From Gemmatimonadales bacterium (GTDB lineage: Bacteria; Gemmatimonadota; Gemmatimonadetes; Gemmatimonadales; GWC2-71-9), in NCBI GenBank assembly GCA_037045245.1, contig JBAOHR010000007.1:860604-924603 (forward strand): a DNA stretch of 64,000 nt. Reading direction: 5' to 3'. Shown here piece after piece: positions 47,805 to 58,150 of the stretch. The number at the start of each line of letters is the position of its first letter. Position 1 is the stretch's first letter. The notes beneath the pieces were generated by a model. The model made no database searches. It saw only the letters and a program-made list of their open reading frames with translations, and was not told the origin of the DNA. A program made the position numbers and the translations under genes.

Positions 47805-48298
47805 TTATCCACGAAACCAGTGGCCTGACATGTCGGCCTTCAAGCCGGACTTGGCGATCAACAGGGCTGCACATGCCGAGCAGACTCTGACAATGCCACG
47901 ATTCGACTTGGTGAACTGGTGGAAAATCGAACCGAGTGCGTGGCACTTTGCGCAATGGCCTCTCTCCGACACCAAACGATCCCGTGTGGTGTGGAGCTGA
48001 ATGGGCTCCTCCGGGGCCGATTGAAGTCGCTGGTCATACAGTGCATCGTTGGGAACCACCGTGACCGTACGCGTTGCCACGACGTGAATCAGGCGTGAGC
48101 GGTGGCCGCGACGGCGCGCTGCGTTGGGGCGAGGGGCGCCTGAGAACGGGCGCTGGCGCGACCTGTGGAACAGGTGGCTTTGGTTTCTCCCGCGGTGGTG
48201 GCGCTGCCACCACTTTGCCTCGGCACGTGCTGCTCGTGGGCCTTCAGCAAGCGGACATCGAAATACTCGGCACACTTGGTACATGCTCGAAGTCTCAC
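47805..48298 (-). pseudogene. possible zinc-finger protein, one frame change
   Basis: The N-terminus MRLRACTKCAEYFDVRLLKAHEQH (C2H2-like, 48089..48298) continues in the 47805..48284 frame with ..HCAKCHALGSIFHQFTKSNRGIVRVCSACAALL. Confidence 0.2.
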
Positions 48299-48333
48299 AA
48301 TGTCTCCCCTTCTACTAGTCGTTCGTTGTTGCC

Positions 48334-48690
48334 CTAGTTCTGGTAGACGCCATAGCCCTGAGACCGGAGTTCCTCCGCGTACGCTCGCTCGTATTCTTCC
48401 GCTATTCGAGACTCCTCACGATCGAGTTGCTGGCGGAGCTTTTCCCGCACGAGTTCAAGCCCAAACTCTCTCGCCGACCTGCAAGACTTATAGCCGTTCA
48501 GATGTTGAGCGAACCTTGTTTCGGGGTCAGTGTCCAGGTCTTTCCGACGTAGAGAAAGTCGCGGAACCACGGTCGACTCTGTGTTTTGCTCGATAAAGCG
48601 ATCATCTTGCGCCACTTTCGGATCAAGCCGAACCACATACAACCAGCGCCCACCTTGGGTAGTCGCTGTTGCCCAGTCACGAGGCTGGCG
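48334..48690 (-). pseudogene. possible GIY-YIG-like protein, frame-disrupted
   Basis: WLYVVRLDPKV... and ETRFAQHLNGYKS...AEELRSQGYGV are in the 48334..48822 frame. The expected YIG-type motif FLYVGKT appears only in the 48498..49997 frame. Confidence 0.25.
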
Positions 48691-51060
48691 CAGCGGTAGA
48701 TCCCCCGCAGGATGCCGTCTCGGCCGTGCCCGCCGACCGAGCGCCAGAATTTTTGGCGGCCTTGCGAACCCGGCGGCCGAACATTGTGCGAACGAAGTAG
48801 TGCAGCACCATTCCATCCGCATTCTCGAGCTGTCTGGTCACCTCTCCTGCCACCGCTCCCCAGTTCGAGCTCCATCCGGTCGAGATGAAGTCCACGATTA
48901 GGTAAGGGGCATCCACCTTCAGGATTTCGGCGGATCTCTTCCTCGTACTGGATCTGCATCTCGTTGCCTCCCACCACTAAGAGGCGTATGTGACGCTTGG
49001 CAGGGGGCGCTGGCGGTGGCTCGAGCTTGCCCTCGAGACGATCGAGGCGACTGCGCAGCTCTGCAACTACCTCGTCCACGTGCTCAAACTCTTCCAAGCG
49101 CTCAAGATACGAGACCGCTTCCGCCCTTTGCCAGAGCTCCGGGCGAGCGAGTGCTTCTTGAGCCAATTGGATGAGGAGTCCCACCCCCGCGTCTCGATCT
49201 CCGCGTGCCAGCTGCAACTCAGCCTCCGCCAGGCGGAGCTCTTCAGGTTCTCGGATGGAGGTCAGCCGCTCCTCGGTATGAAGCAGTTGGATCGCGTCTT
49301 GAGTCCCGATCCCCCTCGCTGCCAGCTCAAGCACTGATCCCAATGCCTCGTCGGCTTCGTCAAGGAGCGCTTCGTGGCGGAGCAAGCCACAAAGCGCAGT
49401 CTTTGCGGCGTCAGCCCGTCGACTGGTGGAAAGTCCGTCCTTGCGGCTGCGTTCCAGGAATGCCAAGGCGACCGCTGGGATATCCGTAGCCAGCTGGGCC
49501 AGGGTGGGCACAATGTCTTCGCCGCGCTGCCTGACCAAGGCACCGAACATCCGCCCCGCAAGTTCAACGTCGGCCGTGCCTACGGCGGTGAGCACGGACT
49601 CGAGCATCCAACTGGGGATTCGGAGCTCCTCGGTCGTGGACTCGAGCAGCCGAGTCCCCGCCGAGAGGACCGTTCGGGGAGTCCCACCCTCCAGACAGAC
49701 CGCCAGCGAGTGGTGCAGGTCCGCGCGATCCAGTAGCCCAGAGCGCGTATACACGTCTGGTCGATTCCGGAACGCGGAGAGGGCGCGCTCAAGTTCAGCC
49801 CGTGCGAGTGCGAAATGCTCTGACAGCAAGTGGAACATCCCAAGCGCATATCGCGCATGGGCGGCACCGTCCGGATCGAGATCAATTGCCCGATCCAACA
49901 GTGGCCTGACATCGGCAAGGCGTCCCGCCTCCGCCACAGCGTCACCCCGTTCCTCGGGTAGGACGACATCAGCGAGCTCCCGCCAGCCGGCATCCATGAG
50001 CGCCAGGTCCGTGAGCGGCGTCTGGAGCGGAGTGCTGCGTCTTGATCCTCCTCGTCGATCAGGGGCACCACGATGCTCCTGGCGGCATCGAACTCACCGG
50101 CAAGGCGGGCGGCAGTGTGCCTGCCGGCGCCTGCCGCCGTCCGAACAAAGTCGTCGGGGACGGAATGCCCCTGCTCTTCGGCAACGGCGAGTCCATTCCG
50201 GAGGCGGTCGAACGCCGGCCGTGCCGTGGCGAAATCGCGCAGCAGCAAGTGGCTCGAGGCAAGCGCGAAGAGGCGGCGCCCCGATACGTGGCGACGCCGC
50301 CACGGCCTTGGGGCCGATCGAATGCGATCGCTTCCGTGCTGGCGGCCGGCCTCCCACAGCACGCCCAGCAGGAGGTGGGGCGCCGCCTCTGCACTCGCGC
50401 CCATGCCGTCGTTGCCAAGTTGGCGACAGAGGGGATCGGCATCAAACAGTGCGAGTACCTCCGCATCGCGCTGGCGACGCAAGCAGACCGGCAATCTTGC
50501 CGGCCAAATACCACCGTCGCGCGTTCTCGGATGTCCCGGCGGGCTGCGGGGCGAATTGCCCCTTCATCGAAGAGCGCCGAGAGCCGCCCCGCCGCATACC
50601 ATGACTGGTGGCGCTGCGGATGGGCCGCGACCAGCTCGGCAACCAGGCGCCGCGCAGCCTCCATTGGGAGGGCCGCCTCGGCGTGGTTGGCCGAATTGAC
50701 GAGGTGGACAATGACTACGTCGTCAAGAACTCCGAGCTGCTGTCCGATTCCGGGAAGCGCCAGACGGAATCCGCGGAGGCGCGGTTCGGTCGTCCTCGGA
50801 CTCCTGCTTCGCTTCGGGCTCGTCCTGTTGAGGGGCTCCTGGCACTGCGGCAGCAGCCGCTGGGGATAACGCATGCAACGCGTCGCCAAGACCTGGCCAT
50901 CCCTCGGGGATGATGGCCAGGAGACACTCGAGATAGTGTCGCGCCTCGCTCCCGTGCTGTTCCGGCAGGGCCGGCACCGCACGGGCGACCGCCTCAGGGG
51001 TGACGAACGGAGGCGACTGTTCGTCGGTGCGACGAGGCCCGTCATGGGCAACACCGACAT
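48677..51060 (-). pseudogene. large helical/TPR-like protein with DUF2325-like C-terminal domain, many frame changes
   Basis: A coherent helical-repeat sequence can be followed through track ORFs 50723..50977, 50059..51060, 50442..50711, 49580..50494 and 48498..49997. The C-terminus is RLLVVGGNEMQIQYEEEIRR.. then LIVDFISTGWSSNWGAVAGEVTRQLENADGMVLHYFVRTMFGRRVRKAAKNSG (48677..48916). Boundaries are approximate. Confidence 0.35.
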
Positions 51061-51339
51061 GCCCAGAAGAAACTCTCCTGAATCGTGGGATTCAGGTCGA
51101 TGTAGTGGGCTTTCAGCAGACTTTCAGACATTAGCTGCAGGAGTCTCAAGCGCACGTCGGACGATGTCCCGTGCCAGCTGCTGGACAGGGCCATTTCGCG
51201 AGCGTTTCGGGGCGGAATCCCCCGACACGGATCACGAAACGGCGAATGATGTGACTCCGGAAGTCGCGATTGCTCCGGAGGCGAAGCGCAACGGCCGCCT
51301 CGCGGGAGGCGACCGGGAGGGCGCGGCAAAGTTCCATGA

Positions 51340-51858
51340 TCATCGTCGAGCACCCTCCACGATGTGCTGCCTACGGCCAGTTCGGCCGCGGCGCAGGGTA
51401 GACCGGCAGCGTCGGGCAGCCTGGTGCCAGTGACCGTACCGTAGGTCGAGCCCCCAATGCGCTGACTCGTTCCGTAGAGATTGGCGCCATTTGAGCCGGT
51501 CGCGTTGAGGAAGGGTCGACGAACCGATCCGCTGGGCGGTGCCGTTGACGTTCACGCCAGACTGGGTGCGGTAGTTGAGATAGTCGATGTTGCCGATCGT
51601 CTGAGTGGTGCCCGTGGTCCCGCGATTGTCATTGTCGTCAGGGAGCGGTTCGAGCCGATCCGCTGGGTCGTGCCGTACCCGCCGCGGTTGTCGTTGGTAT
51701 AGGTCTGCTAGACCAATCTTCTGCGCGGTGCTCGAGTAGCCATTCGAACAGGTCGAGTAGGTCATCGTGCCAATGGTTTGGCTGGTGCAGGAAACTGACT
51801 GGGCCTCAGCGACGGCCGGGAGGCAGAAGGCTGCGACTACGAGGATGAACGACTTCAT
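51340..51858 (-). pseudogene. secreted protein with GT-x-Q-x-IG repeats, frame-disrupted
   Basis: The ATG at 51858 gives MKSFILVVAAFCLPAVAEAQS (signal peptide). Five units of the type (S/T)TAQKIG, GTTQRIG, GTTQTIGNIDY, GTAQRIGSST and GTSQRIGGSTY are visible, but only when three frames are combined. Confidence 0.3.
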
Positions 51859-52183
51859 GGGGACCTCGGGGAGAATGGCTTGGGCAGGCCGGAACGAGCT
51901 AGCAAGGTGCAATTCGCGTTCCCCGACGGGCGACGAGCTAACACATTGACCAGTAATGCGTTGGCCGAGCTGACCACACCAAACGGTCATTCGATTGTGG
52001 CGCGGCTGCGACGTTGAGGCCACCAGGCGCGGGGGGACCGGATTGGCGGAGGCTCAAGTCAACACGGAACGAACCTCGCCTTGGGGTGTGACAGCTGCGC
52101 CGCCTTCCCCCCAGACCCATCTCACGCAGCGGCGCGCAATCTGCGCCTGCCACCGAGCCGCGTCATTACTCGCACGGCCGATG

Positions 52184-53060
52184 CTACGGCTCTCCAAGCC
52201 CCAGATCCGAGTGAATTTCCACGCCGAGAACGGCCCGAAGCCCGATCAGTGAGGCCGGCAGCTCCCCGCCCAGCGCAAGGATGACCGCGCAGTCGACATG
52301 CCTCTGCTCAGCCTTCGCTTCTGCTTCGATCACGGCGAGGTAGCTCGACGCATTGAAACATGCCCCGCACGACCTCGCCGAGGCTGGCGTTTGGCGGCTT
52401 CACTTCGACCGCGATACGACGCGCCGCGGAAGAGAATTCCACGTCGAGGCGATCTCCAGAGTAGAGACACACTTCCATCCTGCCTGGAGCGAGGGACGCC
52501 GGCAGCCCGACAAGTTGTGGGCGCGCGGCCACTGCCTTCTTGAGAACGAAGATGGCCCCTCCCCTCACCAACCCCTCCGCCTGCGCCGACTTCCTCCACC
52601 GGGGGTAGTGCGCTAGACGGTGGTGGGACCGGATCGAGATCATAGCGGCGAAGCACCTCAGGCCATCGATCGAAGGAGAAGACCTTACTCAACATCGCAT
52701 CGATGATGATCCGCCGCTGCCGTGGCGAAGCCTTGGTGAATGTCTCGGCGTCGGGCGCAAACCACGAAATACCCTCCCCCGGCAAGCCGCTGTCCCGATT
52801 CACAACCAGCGCTTGGATTGGGGGCACTTTCTACTCGTCCGAGTCCGACCCACCTCCAACATCGAGTTGCCGATCGCCCCAAGCACGTAATTGAGATTCC
52901 GTGGGTTCGGCATACCGAGCTCCAGAGCGAGCTCGCCGTAGCGTATCGTCTGACCGGCTATTGCTTGGCGAACAAGGATCGGGAGGGCAGCACGAGCTCG
53001 AACTTGGTATAGCTTGTCGCCATTGAGGTCACCCACCAATGCTTCCCCAGTTTCCGTCAC
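52184..53060 (-). pseudogene. MGMT/Atl1-like winged-helix domain fused to PD-(D/E)xK nuclease-like domain, about three frame changes
   Basis: The N-terminus TIRYGELALELGMPNPRNLNYVLGAIGNSM (52800..53060) continues as VPPIQALVVNRDSGLPGEG (52330..52827). The nuclease core is DRLDVEFSSAARRIAVEVKP...RGMFQCV (52308..52643). The tail is YLAVIEAEAKAEQRHVDCAVILALGGELP..-stop at 52184. Confidence 0.45.
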
Positions 53061-53305
53061 GTGTCACCCCCCAGTATGCCCAATTCTCCTTGATCATCCG
53101 GCCTCTCCTTCCGCGGTGGGCCAGATGGTGCCACAAGTCGACCTTCAGCAATTGCGAGAAGTTCGCGCTCGAGCTGCTTCGCGCGATCCGTAGTTCGATA
53201 CGAGAGCTCAGAACGGATGTCACCAAGGATCTGGCCGTTGTGAAGATTCTCGCGCGGGCTATTTTTTAGTTCGTCGAGCGTGGTCTTGAAGAACGGTCGA
53301 GTCAC
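53057..53305 (-). CDS. hypothetical small protein
   Basis: 82-aa ORF overlapping the downstream start by 4 nt. Helical and charged. No family recognised. Confidence 0.3.
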   Translation of the reverse strand: MTRPFFKTTLDELKNSPRENLHNGQILGDIRSELSYRTTDRAKQLERELLAIAEGRLVAPSGPPRKERPDDQGELGILGGDT

Positions 53306-53393
53306 GATATGCCATCCGTCAGGGGAGCTGGATTGTCCAATTCTGTCATTTCACTGCTTCTACTAGGATAGCCCTGCCAGCGGATCGCCTCCT

Positions 53394-54109
53394 TTACCAT
53401 CGCCCGTTCTGCTGCCCTGCACCCTCACCGGTGTCATCCTTCCATTGCCGCCGCCACACGTTCTGCAACCGAAAGCACGGGTGCACAATGGACACGATGA
53501 CGCAGGGTGGGATCGAAGCTCCCGCAAAAAGCACATTCTCTATGAGCGAGTGGCCGGCGGCGTCCCATTGCTTGAAACTGCCCTTTGCCGTCCAAGGGCT
53601 AAGCTGGGAGGAGAGCGGTCCAAGGAAGGGGGGACGTACTTGCCCAAGGCGAGGATGAGTGCTGGCCGCTGAGTAGCGACCTGCGTCATGAAGAACTCCT
53701 GACAGCGTTTCACGAAGCTCGGACACTTTGAGCCAGGGAAGCGACCTGTCGTCTCATCGCCCTCCCTCAGCCCCATATAGATGTTCGTGAAAAAGCACTG
53801 CTCCTTTGGGACTGCGACGTCGTCCAAGAATGTGCAGAGATTCCGCCAGGTAGGAGACTTTAGGTTCTCCTCTTCATGCTTCTTGGACCATTCGTACCCG
53901 GCCTCGTTATGGAAGTCGTGGCCCAAGACCATGATGCCGCCGACCGGGAACACTGGGAGTTCTCGCGCTCCCGGCATCCAAAGTCCAGTGCCACCCGGAA
54001 AAGGCTCTGTCCCCACGATTTGACTGGGGACTTCGACAACTCCCTCTGGATACGGCGCAATTCCTTGGTGAGCTTGCCAAAGTGCCAAACTGGGATGGAT
54101 GTCGCTCAC
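53394..54109 (-). pseudogene. uracil-DNA-glycosylase-fold-like protein, one frame change
   Basis: The GTG at 54109 overlaps the upstream stop (GTGA). GGIMVLGHDFHNE and CFFTNIYMGL are placed as UDG-superfamily motifs A and B would be (weak). The C-terminus continues in the 53394..53726 frame (ALILALGKYVPP/FLGPLSS..). Confidence 0.35.
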
Positions 54110-54778
54110 AGCCCAGCTACGGGCAGAAAGACGTTGACGACACCTGATTTTGCGAGGTCACCGGAAATTCCGAGGTGCTGGTACACCTTGGGGAGCGCGG
54201 CCTTCCACTCTGCCGCCGAGCCAGGCCCTTTCATGTCATGATCGCCGTAGAAGTAGAGGAAGACCAGATGCGCATCAACACCGTGGCTGCGCAAGAATGC
54301 AAGATGCGCCAAACGATTAGCATACTGATAGAAGCCATTGAGCCAATCGGCTTCAGCCGGCGCCCCGAATTCGTGCTTCGTGCGATCAAGAGAGCCCCTG
54401 ATGACCGCAAGAGACTTGGCACCCGCTCCACAGGAGGAGGAGAGTTCGCCGAAATGGGCCTTCGCCTCGACGAGGATCACCTCACCGGCAGAACCAACGC
54501 CAAGCGCATCCCATTGCGGACCCCCAATCGGCCAGAACTGCTTAAGCGCGGGCAGGAGAGTTGGCTGCCGAACGGATCGCAGGAACCCAGCATCCCGGTA
54601 CTCTGCGAAATCATCCGCCTCACGCGGGGAAACCCACTCGACGGTCCAGGTGGATTTTCATTCACGACCGGGCGGATCGCCTCGGAAAGAAGAGTGGGCT
54701 GGCTGTTCAGCAGTCGCTGCATCCACTTAAGGCTGCCGCGAGTACCAACGGGCTGTGGGGTCCGGGCGCAATTCGCAT
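54106..54778 (-). pseudogene. PD-(D/E)xK nuclease-like protein, frame-disrupted near the N-terminus
   Basis: Core GPQWDALGVGSAGEVILVEAKAHFGEL (D ... E-x-K). The ATG at 54778 is coupled to the GmrSD stop (TGATG) with GGGAGG upstream. Reading then needs shifts near 54710 and in the A-run near 54660. Confidence 0.5.
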
Positions 54779-56505
54779 CACACACCTCCCGAGCTGCTGC
54801 TGGGCGCGATTCCGAGAAAGGAATTCAACCGGGCAACGATCATCGCGCGTCGCGAATTCAGGAATTCCGGGTACTGATCAAGCGGCAGGAGGGTAGGATC
54901 ATCTGGAATGCATTGGGTACTGAAGGCTTCCGAGCCTGCCCGGCTCACGATCTCCGGAAAGTACGCTTCCGGCTTCTTGTCCCGGATGAACTTATTTGTC
55001 GCGGCGCTAATGAATGCCAGATTCGCGATATCGTCGATTTCGCGCGACGGGAAGCGATTTTTCAGCTGTGCCTTCGGGAATATGTGGTGAAACTCGAGCT
55101 TGTGCTGTGAGCCACTGTGATCCAGCGCGATCGCCACCTTTGAAAGCCACTCCTTAGCGCCTTCTGCCCGGAACGCAAGAAACATCGTCTTGAATAGTGC
55201 ACTACGTTGCGTCCTCCCCTCCAGGTCCAGGGGAGTGATCTCGAGGCGACCGACCTGCAACTGGAGTCGGCCGAGGAGGTCAGCAACAGATTTCCCTTCC
55301 TTCACAACAGTCAGATCCTGATCCAGAATCGTCTCGCTGGAGCCCCGGGAGTAGCGTCCTTTTGCATTCGCCAGGAGGGCCCAGCGCGCCAGCTCAACCG
55401 ACTCTTCCGGGGTAAGGTGGAATCGGCGATGGTGCCCATAGTATCCGAGAGTGATCATCAGAAATGGAGAGGAAAGCAATACAGGTGAAGTGATCCCACA
55501 GTTATTGCGAAGAAAGTTGATCGCGAACTGCATCCCGCGAACGCCTGCCTTCCAGCTCTCCTTCAGCACCTCAAGCGGTAAGCTCCCGACGGTCTTGAAG
55601 CGCGACTGTCCCGTCCCATAGACTACGAGATTTTTGAGGTGGATGCCGAGATCCAGCTCAAAACCTTCCCCCTCGCATTCCTCCTGGAACCCCTGGAACA
55701 CTTTGAGACTGCCACGCCAACGCGCAGTGATTTGTGCTAACGCGAGGTCCGCGCTGCGGAGTTTTGCTCCAAGCGAGTTGACCCGCACAAAGATTTCCGT
55801 GACTTCGTCGTATGAGAGCGAGCGATCCAAGACATCGAGACGGTAGACGTACTTCTTGACGGCGCGCAACTTGGCGAGTCGCTGGGTGTACTTGTCAGCC
55901 CGTGGATCATCGAGATCCGTGACGCCAGCGCGCTTGAGAAAGGCACTGTCTCCCTCGGACTTGAGCACATCCGTCACTTTAACCCATTGTGGCAACTGTT
56001 CCAGCTTCTTGGTCGAAATGACGAAGGTCATCCGATTGAAGCGTTGCAGAAGCTCGTCCTCGGTCGAATCAGCCTCATCACCATCCACCTCATCGGCCTC
56101 GTCTTCATCCACGCCTTCCTCGTCGACCTCAGATACCACCTCCAGCCGATCCGGGTGTTCGAGGTTAAAGAGGAGTTCAATCGGAAGCTTCCTGCCGCGG
56201 ACCAAGAGTGGTTCCCCTCGCAGCACCGCAGAGAGGGAGGTAAGCCGCTGCTGCCCGTCAAGAAGCAGCCTCGTCGTGCGGAACGGGTTGCCCTCTTGGG
56301 CAATGGCCATTTCCTGTTGCGGTATTGGGTCGTCGGATTCCCAGAGCAGAATCGCGCCAGATGGGTAGCCCCGGTATAGCGAGTCGAGGAGGTCGCGGAC
56401 CCGTGTCGAACGCCAGACATAGCGGCGTTGCATTTCGGGGAGGCGCAATTCGCCGCGCTGGATCATGCCGACGAGCTCTGCAACTTCCGCCTCTGCCTTT
56501 GCCAT
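54778..56505 (-). CDS. GmrSD-family type IV restriction enzyme (DUF262 + DUF1524)
   Basis: 575 aa, intact. DUF262/ParB-like motifs LPEMQRRYVW, YRGYPSGAILLWE and LLLDGQQRLTSL. DUF1524 His-Me finger: KLEFHHIFPKAQL...DIANLAFISAATNKFI. Confidence 0.9.
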   Translation of the reverse strand: MAKAEAEVAELVGMIQRGELRLPEMQRRYVWRSTRVRDLLDSLYRGYPSGAILLWESDDPIPQQEMAIAQEGNPFRTTRLLLDGQQRLTSLSAVLRGEPLLVRGRKLPIELLFNLEHPDRLEVVSEVDEEGVDEDEADEVDGDEADSTEDELLQRFNRMTFVISTKKLEQLPQWVKVTDVLKSEGDSAFLKRAGVTDLDDPRADKYTQRLAKLRAVKKYVYRLDVLDRSLSYDEVTEIFVRVNSLGAKLRSADLALAQITARWRGSLKVFQGFQEECEGEGFELDLGIHLKNLVVYGTGQSRFKTVGSLPLEVLKESWKAGVRGMQFAINFLRNNCGITSPVLLSSPFLMITLGYYGHHRRFHLTPEESVELARWALLANAKGRYSRGSSETILDQDLTVVKEGKSVADLLGRLQLQVGRLEITPLDLEGRTQRSALFKTMFLAFRAEGAKEWLSKVAIALDHSGSQHKLEFHHIFPKAQLKNRFPSREIDDIANLAFISAATNKFIRDKKPEAYFPEIVSRAGSEAFSTQCIPDDPTLLPLDQYPEFLNSRRAMIVARLNSFLGIAPSSSSGGV

Positions 56506-56546
56506 CCGGGCTCCTTGATTCTGTGATCTAGCTCACCTGCCCCAGC

Positions 56547-57377
56547 CTAATCCATCCGGCAGTATCCAGGGATATCCTGAATCGACCCGCCACGAACGTT
56601 GGTTTGCTTCGCAATACTCAACTGCTTACACTGCCGGTACTTCTCCTCCGTCTGGAAGAGGAGATACCCGTGCGGATCGAACAACGCTCCGGGAAACCTC
56701 TCCAGGTTATTGTACCAGCAGCCATCCTTGTGGTAGAGCGCGTGACGCACGGAGACGTGCCACCGCTTGGCTAGGCCCTTTCCGCTGAGGCGCCCTCCTG
56801 CCCGCTCCGGCATCGTCGTGCCCCCCCTTTGCTTACGCTTTACATCACGTGGCTTGCTCGGCGGGCGGTCGGAGCCCATCTCACTACGTTGCAGTTCCGT
56901 CACAACCTCCCAGACCTTCTGAGTAGCCACGGAGAGTACTGAGGCAAAGGCTTCAATCTCAGAGGGGTCCATGGAAACAAACTCTACGGAGGGCGCGCTC
57001 CCCCTTGGGCGCTGCCTTCGGCTGACGCGAACGGGCCTCCCGGTCTCAGCCCAGTACCCCCAAGATGAATGGAGCAAGCGGTTGCGCTCCTCCCCGAGCC
57101 GACCGAGGTGAGCTGCGAGAGCAGCGGTGTCCATGGGCACACTGGTGACACCGGGCGCCGCAGCGAGGACAGCCACGAGCCGATCCGTCATCCATCGATA
57201 ACCGGCGCCGACAACTACTGCTCGCGCCCTCGCGTGTTCACCCAAGGCAACAAACAGGAGATGTCCCAGCGCTTCTTCAAGCTCTGCAAAACGGAAAACG
57301 ACATGGCCGAGCGATCGGTAGAGTTCGTCGGTGACCTTCTGCTCCTCGGCATGACTCACAGCGTCACCCACCATCAT
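56547..57377 (-). CDS. HEPN-like domain protein with unassigned C-terminal domain
   Basis: 276 aa, intact, with an ATGA overlap to the upstream gene. The helical N-domain has an Rx4H motif (GEERNRLLHSSW). A basic linker is followed by the C-domain RWHVSVRHALYHKDGCWYNNLERFPGALFDPHGYLLFQTEEKY. Confidence 0.55.
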   Translation of the reverse strand: MMVGDAVSHAEEQKVTDELYRSLGHVVFRFAELEEALGHLLFVALGEHARARAVVVGAGYRWMTDRLVAVLAAAPGVTSVPMDTAALAAHLGRLGEERNRLLHSSWGYWAETGRPVRVSRRQRPRGSAPSVEFVSMDPSEIEAFASVLSVATQKVWEVVTELQRSEMGSDRPPSKPRDVKRKQRGGTTMPERAGGRLSGKGLAKRWHVSVRHALYHKDGCWYNNLERFPGALFDPHGYLLFQTEEKYRQCKQLSIAKQTNVRGGSIQDIPGYCRMD

Positions 57378-58150
57378 TCAAAGTCGGCATCGAGTGGAGA
57401 GCGTCGAGACTTGTTGGGCGATTTACGCAGCGCCAATAAGTCTCGGTGTCTCATAAGCCAATCAGTCCCCTTCGCCGTGAGAGCGTACGCCGTATACTCC
57501 TCACCATTGTACCCTTGGTTCTCAAAGGACTCGAGAAGTCCCTTGACCCCAAGAGCCTTGACGCCCAGAACTGCAGCCAAGTGGGTGAAGCCAGCCTTCG
57601 CCATATCGTTCTTGATCGCATGTGCCGAGGGAGCGGAATCGCGATCAAGTTCGTACTCCGCGATCAGCGCTAGGGCAGTCATCTCTATGGCATCAAGGCC
57701 CTCGGTCTCCTCCAAGGGGGATTCCACAAGAGTGGAAATCACAGATTCTCGCTGCATCGCGGCCGCGAGCCGCGTGGTGAGCTCCTCCGTGAACGTCGCA
57801 AAGTCACTCGAAGAGTCCCTCCGGTACTTCACTACGTGGCGGTGCTGTACGTCGAAGGGAAAATGGGTCCGGCTCCCCTCGTCGCACACGAGTACAAGCG
57901 GCAAGCCAGTTGCAATCGCAACCCCCAACTCGAACCACACGTTCGGATTATCAATGGAGATATCCGCCACGCAAGCCACGGCTCCACGAATTCCCTCCAT
58001 AATTGCGTCGATGGGAATGCTTGCGCGTGGATCACGGTCCACACGATATGGTTCGAGGCCAGCAGCGACGATGGCGGGAGCAATGACATCGTCGTAGCGC
58101 TTGTCGAAAGGGCCACCATCGAATGGTTGAATTACGAAGCATGTGGACAC
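57374..58150 (-). CDS. nucleoside 2-deoxyribosyltransferase / TIR-like fold domain + C-terminal winged-helix-like domain
   Basis: 258 aa, intact. The GTG at 58150 abuts the upstream TAA and has GGAGG 6 nt upstream. The pattern CFVIQPFDGGPFDKRYDDVIAPAIVAAGLEPYRVD...IMEGIRGAVACVADISIDNPNVWFELGVAIATGLPLVLV fits that fold. Confidence 0.55.
   Translation of the reverse strand: MSTCFVIQPFDGGPFDKRYDDVIAPAIVAAGLEPYRVDRDPRASIPIDAIMEGIRGAVACVADISIDNPNVWFELGVAIATGLPLVLVCDEGSRTHFPFDVQHRHVVKYRRDSSSDFATFTEELTTRLAAAMQRESVISTLVESPLEETEGLDAIEMTALALIAEYELDRDSAPSAHAIKNDMAKAGFTHLAAVLGVKALGVKGLLESFENQGYNGEEYTAYALTAKGTDWLMRHRDLLALRKSPNKSRRSPLDADFE

Noticed and set aside
57069-58097. 342-aa + strand ORF inside the island. 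Other + strand ORFs there include 54175..55110 and 55856..56368.
   Set aside because: They lie antisense to minus-strand genes with strong motifs (NDT-fold protein, GmrSD), and their translations are Ser/Arg-rich without recognisable features.
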